This document shows positions 46,107 through 55,724 of a DNA stretch of 64,000 nucleotides, in pieces. The translations under genes were made by a program, and so were the position numbers. Each line of letters opens with the position of its first letter. The first letter of the stretch is position 1. The stretch is from positions 57 through 64,056 of the forward strand of contig JBMTIM010000010.1 of NCBI GenBank assembly GCA_049437325.1, written 5' to 3'. This DNA comes from Acidimicrobiales bacterium. GTDB lineage: Bacteria; Actinomycetota; Acidimicrobiia; Acidimicrobiales; Aldehydirespiratoraceae. Below the pieces are notes generated by a model. It did not search any database. It had not been told where the DNA came from and saw only the letters and a list, made by a program, of their open reading frames with translations.

Positions 46107-47573
46107 GTGCCCGTGACGCTCTCGGACCGTTCGATCGGGTGGCTGCGATATCTCCACCGAAAGGCCAACACGCCCGACGATTGGGATCGCAACGGCGAGC
46201 CACATCCACATTGGGACAATCGCTCCGACCCCCCGATGGCGAGCTGGCATCGGTTCGATCTCGTCGACTCGTCGTATGCGATGGGACTCATGGCTCACCG
46301 CACACCGGCATGGACCGAGCCCTACGTCGGCATCCTCGACCAGCTCATCGAACGCCACACCGGCTGGTGGTCGGCGGCCGATTGGCTAACCCAGTTCGGT
46401 CCTGATCCCGACCGTACCCGCTACCCGGACGCCTATCGACCCCTGATCCCCCGCCAACTGTGGGGCGAGTACGACGTTCCCGGGTGGACCGCGAACGGCA
46501 CCGAACCATGGGGCGTACAGATCGATCCGGTGGCCGCTGACGGAATGCTGTTCTACAAGGGCTTCTTCCTCGTACTGCTCGGCATTCGCTCCATGATCGC
46601 CGACGACGATCGGTGGAACCAGCCGTTCGACATGATCCGCGACGGGAGCAACACGTTCACCTGGACCCATTCCGCCATCGCCGATCAGCTCACCCGTCAG
46701 TGGCTGGCGGCGCCGATCGGTTGTCATTGAGAGAACACCAAGATCTGGCCGTTTTGACTGGCCGGAGCGGGCCTCGGTCTGAGGCTTCACGACAACCGAC
46801 ACGGCACCGAATACCACGCCGAGGCCTTCGTGCCCTGGTGGCGGTACGCGCGGGAGCACTACCTCGATCTCGACACGGGTACACCGACTGCCACAACGCT
46901 CTACTACGACCCGATTCTCGACGTCCACCATCGACTCCCGGTTGCAGCAGCCCTCACGACTGCGTACTACGCCGCCCCGCAAGTGCCCGACGACGCGCAG
47001 CTGTTGTTCGATGCTGCCTGCACATCGATGGGCCTCGACCGCGAGCTGTCGCGTCCGATCACGGCCTCCCGGGGCTACGGCTCGTCACTCGTCCTCGCTC
47101 GCGAGTGGCGTATGACCGACCTCGAAGAACGGCTCGTCGGGGCGATCGAGGCGTCGTACGAACCAACCTGGGACCACACCTCCGGGGAGTTCACGTGGGG
47201 TCTCGGACTCGAGGAGACACATCCCCGCGGCCAGTTCAATGCTTTTCTGGCCACAGCAGAAGCTGCGGGTCCTGGCCGATGGGAGCGCCTTTCGGCTGCA
47301 CCGATCGAGCGCCAGCCCCAAGTCGTCGGCGTCGACTTCCCCAGCGTTGCGCTCCGCACCGCCGAGTGGCAGAACGGCTCACTGCACCTCGAACTCGACG
47401 TGCACGACGAGGATCCTTCGTTGCGGACCATGTTCCGGATCGTCGGCGCTGAACCTCGGATCTGGGAATTGACCGGCATCGACGGTGCCTCGCTCGAACA
47501 CACTGCGCAAGCGGTCATCGTGCGCGTCCCGAAAGTGAGTGGTCGACTGACCTTTACGCGCGGCAGCTACTGA
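46107..47573 (+). CDS. Linalool dehydratase/isomerase (LinD)-like protein with two in-frame TGA codons (putative Sec208, Sec217); 488 aa with readthrough
   Basis: ORFs 46107..46730 and 46830..47573 share a frame. The bridge reads GCH*ENTKIWPF*LAGAGLGLRLHDNRHGTEY and aligns with LinD GIVCEPDNYFVQC...YDRLHGTDY. DPVAADGMLFYKG resembles LinD DPIEKENIMYKG. Confidence 0.8.
46769..46787 (+). promoter_or_regulatory. Candidate bacterial SECIS element
   Basis: GGGCCUC-GGUCU-GAGGCUU hairpin starting 11 nt after UGA 46755-46757; same spacing and GGUCU loop as the E. coli fdhF SECIS. Confidence 0.65.
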
Positions 47574-47629
47574 TACTCGACGAGCCACGGCGTCGCCGCC
47601 GTCGATCGTCGATCATCGACCTCCCGACA

Positions 47630-49999
47630 TCACGAGATTGTGCCAACCTCAAAACTCGCCTTCAACAACAGTCGGGCTTCGGTGGCCGGGACTGGCTTGC
47701 CGAGGAGATAGCCCTGGGCCCGCTCGATTCCGATCTCCAGCAGACAATCTCGCTGCGCTTCGGTCTCGACCCCCTCTGCGGTGACGTCGAGGTCGAGCGC
47801 CGAGATCATTGTTCGGAGCGCTTCGACGAATGCTCGATCACTACGAGTGCCAGGCAGTGGCGTCACGAACTGGCGGTCGAGCTTCACGATGGTGAGCGGC
47901 AGGGCGCGCAGGCGCGTGAGTGAACTCTGCCCAACCCCAAAGTCGTCGAGTGCAACTCCTACACCGGCGTCCCTGAGTTCCTCGAGTTGCGCGATCGCGG
48001 TCTCGAGATTTCTCAAAATGGCTGTTTCGGTCACCTCTACGACGAGTTGAGCTGGCGCCAAGCCCTCTTCCTCGCAGATTTCGAGCATCTGTGCTGCCAG
48101 CCCTTGATGGTGCAAACTCGAACTCGAGAGGTTGACCCGCATTTCCGGCCCTGAGTCGGCAAGACCCCAAGAAACAGCTTCTGCCACAGCGTTTCGGAGT
48201 TGTTGCATGTCGCTGCGAACGACCATGCCGGACGATTCCACAATCGGAATGAATTCATCCGGTCCGATAAGGCCACGTTCGGGATGCTCCCATCGAACCA
48301 GCGACTCGAACGAAAGAAGCGAGCCGTCTCGTAGCGAGTATTCGGGCTGGAAAAACGAGACGAACTGGCCGTCGACAAGTGCCGTACTGATTTCGATCTC
48401 TCGTCTGAGGCGCGTGCGTTCGGTAAATCCCGACTCCGCAACCCCCCAGTGAACGAACTCCTTGGTGCTTTCAGACCCCATTGATTTGTAGAGCGCCGCG
48501 TAGGCAGCTCCAACAACATCGGGGTACTCGGCGTCCTTGTCCACATCCACCGCACCGACCTTGAACTCGGGCTGAAAATTCGAGCCTCCTTCGCTCAACT
48601 TCAACCTCGACAACGCCCGCCACAGCCGCGCCTCCAGATCATCCTTTGCTGCGCGAGTCCCGAACGATCCTTCGAATACGCCGTACATGATCGATGCACT
48701 GAGGTTTCCGCCGATGAAGCGGCCCGAGAGGTCGCTGGCCTCCACCTCGAGCTCACGAACGGCACTGCCGAAGAGCTCTGCCAAACCGGCCAAGCCGATG
48801 GTCTCGAAGTACTTCATTCGATCGACAATCCCCAACAGCACAAGAGCGCTGGGCGATCCATCCCCACGCAGTTGCTCCAGCGCACCGCGCAGCCCAGCCT
48901 CGTTCGGCAGACCTGTGTTCACATCGCGAAGGGTCGCGTCGAGCTCACGGCGCGCAGCGAACACTCCTTCGAGGAGGTTGCCCAGGGCTTGAGCCACCTG
49001 AGTGAGCGAAACACGATCGTCGTCGGTCAGGAGGCGGCTGCTCGTGATCACCAACGCACCCCAGTTCGGTCGATGTTGAAAATCGAATGGAAGGACGATC
49101 TGGATCCTGCCGGATGCATCTCCTCCCGTCGCGGCGTCTCGAACGGTTTCCGAAGAACGAAATGCAGGAAAGTCCTCGCCCCGATCAGAGTCCGGCGCCT
49201 CCTCCAGCCAGAGTGCAGGGATTCCGGACCGCGCCAGGAGGGTCGGCGCTCCCAGCGGGAGCCCGAAAAGCTCGACGGCATCGAGTTGCCAGCCGATACG
49301 AATCTGATCGACGTAGCGATCGGCGCGTTCGCGGCTGTACGCAATGACCCGTTGCGCCAAGCTGTCCAGCGCGAAGTGGTCGACATCCCAGGCGCTTGTG
49401 GCGGTGCGTCCGATCACTCCCATCTCGTGAAGAGCCTCGATCCTGTCCAAGCTCCTTCGATGAGTTTCGACTGCGTTGAAAAAGCGCTCGACCGCCTCCA
49501 TGACTTCCCGACGGCCGAAATGCACGTGCTCGTGAATCTCGACGGCAGCCTTGGCCGGCGTGAGGTAGACGAGCGAGTGAAACGTCGGGGGCACTCCCTC
49601 GGCAAAGATGACCTCGTGGGATTCGAGCTCATTGCTGTCGCCCACGGGCGCCGCACGGAACAGCTCCACGCAGACGAGGGAGCCTTCATCGAAGGCGGAC
49701 CAGGTACCGCTCGAACGTTGGCTTGCCGAACCGTCCTCCGCCGAGTCGTCAAGCCGGAGTGCAACAGCGAAGACGTCGAGGTCGGCGAGCAATTCCCCAT
49801 GTGATGCCAGCACGCCGCTGAGTTCGTCGACGCAGGTATCCAGGTTGGGGGAGCAGCCGGTCAGGGCACCCTGAAGCCCGACGAGCCTCCGCAGGCTCGT
49901 GGCGGAATGGACTTGGAGTTCAATGAGCGACTCAAGAGCGAACTCGACGCCCCCGTCCGCAGACGAGGAACGAGAACGACGCTCTGCTCGACCCTTCAC
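47630..49999 (-). CDS. EAL-domain phosphodiesterase with degenerate GGDEF domain
   Basis: DVNTGLPN without a GGDEF motif; FQP, ESLVRW, VEVTET, DDFGVG, KLDRQF, AEGVET, QGY. Confidence 0.88.
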   Translation of the reverse strand: MKGRAERRSRSSSADGGVEFALESLIELQVHSATSLRRLVGLQGALTGCSPNLDTCVDELSGVLASHGELLADLDVFAVALRLDDSAEDGSASQRSSGTWSAFDEGSLVCVELFRAAPVGDSNELESHEVIFAEGVPPTFHSLVYLTPAKAAVEIHEHVHFGRREVMEAVERFFNAVETHRRSLDRIEALHEMGVIGRTATSAWDVDHFALDSLAQRVIAYSRERADRYVDQIRIGWQLDAVELFGLPLGAPTLLARSGIPALWLEEAPDSDRGEDFPAFRSSETVRDAATGGDASGRIQIVLPFDFQHRPNWGALVITSSRLLTDDDRVSLTQVAQALGNLLEGVFAARRELDATLRDVNTGLPNEAGLRGALEQLRGDGSPSALVLLGIVDRMKYFETIGLAGLAELFGSAVRELEVEASDLSGRFIGGNLSASIMYGVFEGSFGTRAAKDDLEARLWRALSRLKLSEGGSNFQPEFKVGAVDVDKDAEYPDVVGAAYAALYKSMGSESTKEFVHWGVAESGFTERTRLRREIEISTALVDGQFVSFFQPEYSLRDGSLLSFESLVRWEHPERGLIGPDEFIPIVESSGMVVRSDMQQLRNAVAEAVSWGLADSGPEMRVNLSSSSLHHQGLAAQMLEICEEEGLAPAQLVVEVTETAILRNLETAIAQLEELRDAGVGVALDDFGVGQSSLTRLRALPLTIVKLDRQFVTPLPGTRSDRAFVEALRTMISALDLDVTAEGVETEAQRDCLLEIGIERAQGYLLGKPVPATEARLLLKASFEVGTIS

Positions 50000-51009
50000 G
50001 AACGCGCGGCGGAGCCTGCCAAGGATTCAAGCGTGGTCTGGAAGATCGGAAGAAGGACTTCGGCCTCGAGTTTCTGATCATCCTTCATGTCTGCGAGCTT
50101 CTCGCCGGCCCGCAGGGCAACCGCCAGCCGGGGATCCGAAGGGTCGTTGATCTCTCGAAGTCGCGAAATCACCGCAGGGGAGAGATCGACGCCGAGGGAC
50201 TGCATCGGCTTGGTGGTCACGATCGACCCCACCAACTGGGAAACCACCGTGGCCTCCTTGGCCTTGAGCCAGATCGCAACCGCCCCGAATCCAACCCCCG
50301 CCATGCACAGGCCATGTGCCCACCAGTAGGCGCCGGAGCCGGGCCCACCGAAGTAGAAGAAGATCGGAACCCCAGCATTGAGCAAGAGCGCAAGCCCCAT
50401 CTGTTGCGAGTAGCGGTCACCGAAGCGGCGGGCGAGTTGGGTGAAATGCAGCGCAACGGCCACCTGAACCCCCACCGCCAGTACCACCAAGATCGCCACC
50501 CCGGTCGTCTCGGGCTTGAGCCCTCGGAGGCTGTCTTGGGCTACGAGAAGGATCCCAAGCGCCACGCCCACGAGGGGCATCCCGACGCTCATCATTCGCC
50601 AACTGTTGGATTCATCCCGCCGCTTCGTGAGCAGGAGCAGGTAGGCGAGCGGTGGGATGGCGACGGCTGCCGCCAACTGGCCCGAGGCACCAAACACTCG
50701 CTTGGCAGAATCTGTGGCATCGAAGATCGCTCCGGGGGAAGCGACGCCGTGAAGCAGGACGAAGAGGCCCGAACTGACCAGCGCTCCCGCCACCAAGGCA
50801 TTCTCGACGAACCCGACACGCACGGACGCCTGCAGGGCGAGACTCGCAGCAACGGTGCACAGCACGCCTGACCCAATCATGACCGAGGCGATGAGCCAGG
50901 GACTGGCGAAACTACCAGCGCCGGTCAGACCGAGGCTGACCGCTGGCGCAAACGCAAGAACGCCAATCAAGAGGAATGGAATCTTCACGTTGATCGAAGT
51001 CGACTGCAC
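49996..51009 (-). CDS. Polytopic membrane protein coupled to the EAL gene
   Basis: About 8 hydrophobic segments plus a short soluble tail; GTGA overlap with the EAL gene. Confidence 0.75.
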   Translation of the reverse strand: MQSTSINVKIPFLLIGVLAFAPAVSLGLTGAGSFASPWLIASVMIGSGVLCTVAASLALQASVRVGFVENALVAGALVSSGLFVLLHGVASPGAIFDATDSAKRVFGASGQLAAAVAIPPLAYLLLLTKRRDESNSWRMMSVGMPLVGVALGILLVAQDSLRGLKPETTGVAILVVLAVGVQVAVALHFTQLARRFGDRYSQQMGLALLLNAGVPIFFYFGGPGSGAYWWAHGLCMAGVGFGAVAIWLKAKEATVVSQLVGSIVTTKPMQSLGVDLSPAVISRLREINDPSDPRLAVALRAGEKLADMKDDQKLEAEVLLPIFQTTLESLAGSAARS

Positions 51010-51152
51010 TCACACTCCTTCGGCAATTCGGCAACATTTCTTGAGCGGTCGGTCGTGGTCGTACGACAACCATCGTCAACGTAACACAGCGGTCAGATTC
51101 CACGAACAACGCCACGGTTGGCTGGCGGATTTCTCGGCACCGTCCGACCCGG

Positions 51153-52151
51153 TCAGTGGAACGTGTAATTGGTCCAGTGATGAACGATCTCGTTCGGGAG
51201 AACCAGCGGACTCATGAACGAGGAGCGGTTGACCGCATCAGGAAAGAACTGGGTCTCGAGGCACAGGCCCGCCATCGGCGCGAAGCCGCCCTGCTCGGGT
51301 GAACCGTCGAGTTGATGCCCGGTGTACACCTGCACCCCGGGGAGCGAGGTTTCGACGGTGAGGTGCTGCCCAGTCCGGGGGTCGTAGAGACCCACCTGGG
51401 TTCCAGGAGAGAGCGCATAGCAATGGTCGATACCATCGAGGCCAATGCGCCGGACGGCGTCGCCGATTCGTGGGCCATCGGCGAGGTCGAACCTGCTGCT
51501 GCGGGTGGGCCTCAGGATCCCTGTCGGGATGAGCTGCTTGTCGACATCCACAACCCCATCGGCATTGAGGCGGAGGTGATGGTCCTCGATCGTGCCGGTC
51601 CCGGCCAGATTCCAGTAGGTGTGATTGGCGAGAGAAACCGGTGTCGCTCGATCGGCCGAGGCCGACCAGGCGAAGCGGAGCCGGTTGGCCTGCAACGTCC
51701 AAACGACCTCGACATCGAGGTTGCCGGGGTAGCCACCTTCGCCGTCGAAACGATGAAGGCGGAAGTGGACTGCCGTTTCGACAGGATCGGTCTCGAACGC
51801 CCAGCGACGCTGCCCGAAGCCGGTTGGACCCCCATGGAGGTGATGCTTGCCTTCGTTGGAAACAAGATCGTGACGATGCCCGTCGATCGAGAAGCTGGAA
51901 CCCCCGATCCTGTTCGCGACTGGGCCCACGGTGCACCCGAGGTAGGGCCGGTTGACGGCGTACGCCACAGGGTCACGGTGCGCAAGCGTGACGCCGGCCG
52001 CCGAGGGGTGTCCCGAGGGCATCAACGTCCAGAGGGTCGCGCCGAGATCGAGCAGTGTCACCGTCATGCAATCATTCGACAGTTCGACGGCAGAGATCGT
52101 CTCACCCGACGGCAGTCGACCCACGGTTCGGACGGAAACGGCTCCGGTCAT
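51153..52151 (-). CDS. galM: Aldose 1-epimerase (galactose mutarotase)
   Basis: GPVANRI, HLHGG, GYPGNL, NHTYWNL, CLETQ. Confidence 0.92.
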   Translation of the reverse strand: MTGAVSVRTVGRLPSGETISAVELSNDCMTVTLLDLGATLWTLMPSGHPSAAGVTLAHRDPVAYAVNRPYLGCTVGPVANRIGGSSFSIDGHRHDLVSNEGKHHLHGGPTGFGQRRWAFETDPVETAVHFRLHRFDGEGGYPGNLDVEVVWTLQANRLRFAWSASADRATPVSLANHTYWNLAGTGTIEDHHLRLNADGVVDVDKQLIPTGILRPTRSSRFDLADGPRIGDAVRRIGLDGIDHCYALSPGTQVGLYDPRTGQHLTVETSLPGVQVYTGHQLDGSPEQGGFAPMAGLCLETQFFPDAVNRSSFMSPLVLPNEIVHHWTNYTFH

Positions 52152-52194
52152 CGGTGACGGTCCAGGGTGAAGTGGTCGGTCATCGTCAGCCGAG

Positions 52195-53223
52195 TCACAG
52201 CACGCTCGCTCCGGCAGATGCCGTTGCGACGAAGCCCCGGTCGAGCGCACCCGGCCGGGTCAACGCAACCACCGCCCCGCCGAAACCCGCACCCGTGAGT
52301 CGAGCGCCGTAGACACCGGGAACGGTCGAGAGCTCGTCGACGAGTGCGTCGAGCACCGATGTTGAAACCTCGAAGTCATGACCGAGGCTTCGATGAGAGT
52401 CGAGCATCTGCTGCCCTGCCTCGGCGTAGTCGCCCGTGGCGAGTGCCTTGGCGAAGATCGCGACTCGCTCGTTCTCGGTGACGACATGACGGGCTCGGGC
52501 CCGCAACACGGGGTCGTCGAGATCTTCGACGGCGTCGAGCGAAGCAATCCGCAGAGGCCCGATGACTTCCTCTGCCGCCTCGCACTGGGCGCGACGGGTG
52601 GCGTATTCGGAGTCGACAAGTTCTCGATGCTGTCCCGAGTGCACGATCACGATCTCGACGTCGTCGGGGACGAGGTGGGGGGTGATCTCGAGCGTGTGGC
52701 AATCGATCAGGAGCGCATGACCGGGGATCCCAGACGCGATCGTCAGCTGATCCATGATGCCGCACGGCACACCGGTTGCACGATGCTCCGCAGCCTGGCA
52801 AAGCATCGCACGTTCGAGCGGCGAACCTTCGTGGCCCAACATGAGTGCCGCAGCGACCTGCACGGCAGCGCTGGAAGAAAGACCGGCGACCGGCAGATCG
52901 GACGACAGTTGACCGGTAAAGCCGACAGCGCTGCCCATCTCCGCAGCAACGCCGGCGAGATGCCGCGCCCACCGCGGTTCGATGCCAGCCGGATCGGTGA
53001 CCGGCAAGGAGAAGTGCGCCGCAACAGGTTCTCGGTCAGACCTCGCCTCGACCCAGTGTCCGCCCACCTCACCGGCAATACGCACACCACGGTTGATCGC
53101 CATCGGAAAAACGAGTCCACCCGTGTAGTCGGTGTGGTCACCGATCAGGTTCACCCGTCCGGGGGCGAACACGTCCCGCCTCTCCGCCGACACTTCGGTC
53201 ATCGGGTCAGTCCCATCGCTCAC
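52195..53223 (-). CDS. galK: Galactokinase
   Basis: APGRVNLIGDHTDY, GLSSSAA, CGIMDQ, GARLTGAGFGG. Confidence 0.93.
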   Translation of the reverse strand: MSDGTDPMTEVSAERRDVFAPGRVNLIGDHTDYTGGLVFPMAINRGVRIAGEVGGHWVEARSDREPVAAHFSLPVTDPAGIEPRWARHLAGVAAEMGSAVGFTGQLSSDLPVAGLSSSAAVQVAAALMLGHEGSPLERAMLCQAAEHRATGVPCGIMDQLTIASGIPGHALLIDCHTLEITPHLVPDDVEIVIVHSGQHRELVDSEYATRRAQCEAAEEVIGPLRIASLDAVEDLDDPVLRARARHVVTENERVAIFAKALATGDYAEAGQQMLDSHRSLGHDFEVSTSVLDALVDELSTVPGVYGARLTGAGFGGAVVALTRPGALDRGFVATASAGASVL

Positions 53224-53240
53224 AACGGTATGCCTACGTT

Positions 53241-54566
53241 CTACTGCAGGAATGCAGGCAGGTACGGGCCGTGCGCTTCGAGCAGATCATCGACCAATCG
53301 GTGGATCTGCTCGAGATCGAGCTCGGCGGCAGTGTGCGGGTCGAGCATCGCAGCATGGTAGACGTGCGCTCTGTCGCCGGTCTTGAGTGCCTCCACGGTG
53401 AGTGCTTGGGGGCCAAGATTCGTCTGGATCGTCGCAGCAAGTTGGGGAGGCAGCGAACCCACGCGCTGTGGGTGAAGTCCGGTGCCGTCGACGACCGTCG
53501 GCACCTCCACGATGCAACCGTCGGGAAGGTTCTCGATGTACCCCCGATTCGCCACGTTGGTGTACACGGTCCGTTCGGTGTCGGTCTCGATGCTGTGAAT
53601 GATCTGCGGCGCGAATTCGTTGCTGGCGGGAATGTGCAGTTCCTCGGACTCGTCCTCCAACCGAGCGCGAAGCGCTTCCCACTCGGCGTTCTGCACTTCG
53701 CACCGTCTGATGTACTCGCGCAGCGGGATTCGGAACTCTTCGACAAGGTCGGGCCGATCACGCTTGATGAACCACGGGGTGTACTCGGCAAAGTGCTCAC
53801 TCGACTCGGCCACGAAGTACCCAAGCCGGCGCATCACCTCGTAGCGAACAGCATCGGACAACCCCGTCTCCCCTCGTTCGGGGGCGTCAGCAGGCCTCGT
53901 ATGCAGCATTTTCAGTGCGGGGTAGACGTCTGCCCCCTGATGTTCGAGGTCGAGGTAGAACGCCATGTGGTTGATGCCCGCCGCCGTGTAGTCGAGTTCG
54001 GTGGCTGGAATCCCGAGATCGTGAGCCAACTGCTCGGCGGTCAGCGGGATGGAGTGACACAGGCCGTAGCCGGGATGCCGTCCCAGCTCGGACAGCGCCC
54101 ACATGTTGATGGCCATCGGGTTCGCATAGTTCAACAGCACGGCATCAGCAGCCACCTCGCTGATGTCGTTGGCCACATCGATCAGAACCGGTGCAGTTCG
54201 CAATCCCCGCATGATGCCGCCGATGCCCAGCGTGTCGGCAATGGTCTGTTGAAGCCCGTAGCGCTCCGGAATCTCGAAATCGAGCACCGTCGAGGGCTGG
54301 TATCCCCCGACCTGGAACATGGTGACCACATAATCGGCCCCGTCGAGCGCCTGTCGTCGATCCGTCGTTGCATCGACGGTCATCGAAACACCGAGGCCGG
54401 CACCGATCCGATTGGCAACGATCTCCGACGTCCGCAGCCGCTGCTCATCGATGTCGTGCAACGAGAAGCTCAATCGGCCGCGCAGCTCGGGATAGGCGTT
54501 CAAATCACCGATCAGATTTCGAGCAAAGACCGTGCTCCCTGCTCCGACGAATGCGACCCGAACCAC
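53241..54566 (-). CDS. melA: Alpha-galactosidase, GH family 4
   Basis: FVGAGSTVF, QTIADTLGIGG, NYANP, GLCHS, GINHM, ESSEHFAEY. Confidence 0.92.
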   Translation of the reverse strand: MVRVAFVGAGSTVFARNLIGDLNAYPELRGRLSFSLHDIDEQRLRTSEIVANRIGAGLGVSMTVDATTDRRQALDGADYVVTMFQVGGYQPSTVLDFEIPERYGLQQTIADTLGIGGIMRGLRTAPVLIDVANDISEVAADAVLLNYANPMAINMWALSELGRHPGYGLCHSIPLTAEQLAHDLGIPATELDYTAAGINHMAFYLDLEHQGADVYPALKMLHTRPADAPERGETGLSDAVRYEVMRRLGYFVAESSEHFAEYTPWFIKRDRPDLVEEFRIPLREYIRRCEVQNAEWEALRARLEDESEELHIPASNEFAPQIIHSIETDTERTVYTNVANRGYIENLPDGCIVEVPTVVDGTGLHPQRVGSLPPQLAATIQTNLGPQALTVEALKTGDRAHVYHAAMLDPHTAAELDLEQIHRLVDDLLEAHGPYLPAFLQ

Positions 54567-54614
54567 CCTCGCTCCTCTGTGTCGTCCGCGCCCGCTCAGC
54601 GCCGAGCGTCGCCC

Positions 54615-55724
54615 TCAGTGATGGTCGACATAGTGCTGTGCCAGCGGATCTCCACCGAAGTCCATCGACAGATCCCGCCAGACAGTGTGCACATGGTTCA
54701 CGTCACGCTGGGTGTTGTCGTACTCGATCAGCAGGTTGCCTCCCTGCAGTCGGTAGTAGTGCGGCTCACCGGGATGGATTCCACCGGCCCACAAGAAGTG
54801 GAGATCGTCGAGGTGCTGCTCGGCCCGTTTCCACTGCTCATCGGCGAGCGTCGGGTTGATCTGTTCGAGGTAGCAACCCAACAGGTCGCGCAGCAGCCGA
54901 CGGTGCGCAGCAGTGTGGGTCACCGGCGCACCCTTCGGTCGAGCAGAAAGGGCAAGCGCCTGTTGATGTTCGTCGGTCCATCCGGCGTTCGTCGTCGCAG
55001 CGTCGTGCACGGCGCGGAGATACTCGTCGGTCTCGTCACCGAATCGACCACGCCAGATCTCGTCGAGGCGAAGCACCGAATCCCCGCCCCGCAACTGCGT
55101 TCGATTGGCCCCGACGATGTCGACAGGGGCCTGTGCCGACAGATGAACCGCCGCTCTCGACTCGTCGTCGAGTGACAACAACAACTCTCGGGCAAGATCT
55201 TCGGCTCCGGCCAGCGGCCGAAGAGGATGCGGACCGAGCAAGGTGCTCGACGCCGGGTCGGCACCGAGAAACAGCGGGGTCGAGGAGGCAACCCTGCCGT
55301 CTCGGATCGTGAAGTGCAACGAGACGTGATGGCCGCCGAATCGCCACGACCACTCCGACGAGTCGGGGTCACCGAAGACGGCAAGCCAGTAGAGCAGTGG
55401 ATCGCGACCACGCTCGCGACCGTAGGAAACGCCAAAGCCCTCGACCCGGTCGAGGACGTTCTCGAGACCGATGATCGTCGACACGGTGGTGTGGCCGGCC
55501 TCACTGAGTGCAGCAGCGAGGAGTCGGTGCACGATTCGATGCTGACGGGAACGCATGTCGCTCAAGGCGAGGCCCCCGTGATCGGTCGGTGTGTAGAACC
55601 AGCGCAGCCGCTCGGCGTCGTCGAATGCGTGGGTGACGGCCGTGCGCTGCTCGTCGTCGAGGTCCTCCAGCAGATCCCGGACCGCCGCAGCCATCGCCTC
55701 GGCTTGCTGGCCCGGATCAGACAT
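54615..55724 (-). CDS. DUF3500 domain protein
   Basis: WFYTP, WSWRFGGHHVSL, TPLFLGADP, IEYDNTQ...NHVHTVWRD...DFG. Confidence 0.85.
   Translation of the reverse strand: MSDPGQQAEAMAAAVRDLLEDLDDEQRTAVTHAFDDAERLRWFYTPTDHGGLALSDMRSRQHRIVHRLLAAALSEAGHTTVSTIIGLENVLDRVEGFGVSYGRERGRDPLLYWLAVFGDPDSSEWSWRFGGHHVSLHFTIRDGRVASSTPLFLGADPASSTLLGPHPLRPLAGAEDLARELLLSLDDESRAAVHLSAQAPVDIVGANRTQLRGGDSVLRLDEIWRGRFGDETDEYLRAVHDAATTNAGWTDEHQQALALSARPKGAPVTHTAAHRRLLRDLLGCYLEQINPTLADEQWKRAEQHLDDLHFLWAGGIHPGEPHYYRLQGGNLLIEYDNTQRDVNHVHTVWRDLSMDFGGDPLAQHYVDHH

Noticed and set aside
46728-46757. Genome-wide UGA=Trp or UGA=Gly recoding
   Set aside because: Many genes in the window end cleanly at TGA, TGG is used for Trp, and the aligned LinD residues are Cys.
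46107-47573. Reading the LinD-like locus as two separate genes, or as a simple pseudogene
   Set aside because: The frame is continuous, both stops fall precisely on the catalytic Cys positions, and a SECIS-like hairpin follows. A pseudogene is disfavoured but cannot be fully excluded without seeing the sel genes.
41917-47573. Functional link between CODH and the adjacent putative selenoprotein
   Set aside because: CoxL has an ordinary Cys in AYRCSFR; divergent adjacency alone is not evidence without conserved synteny.
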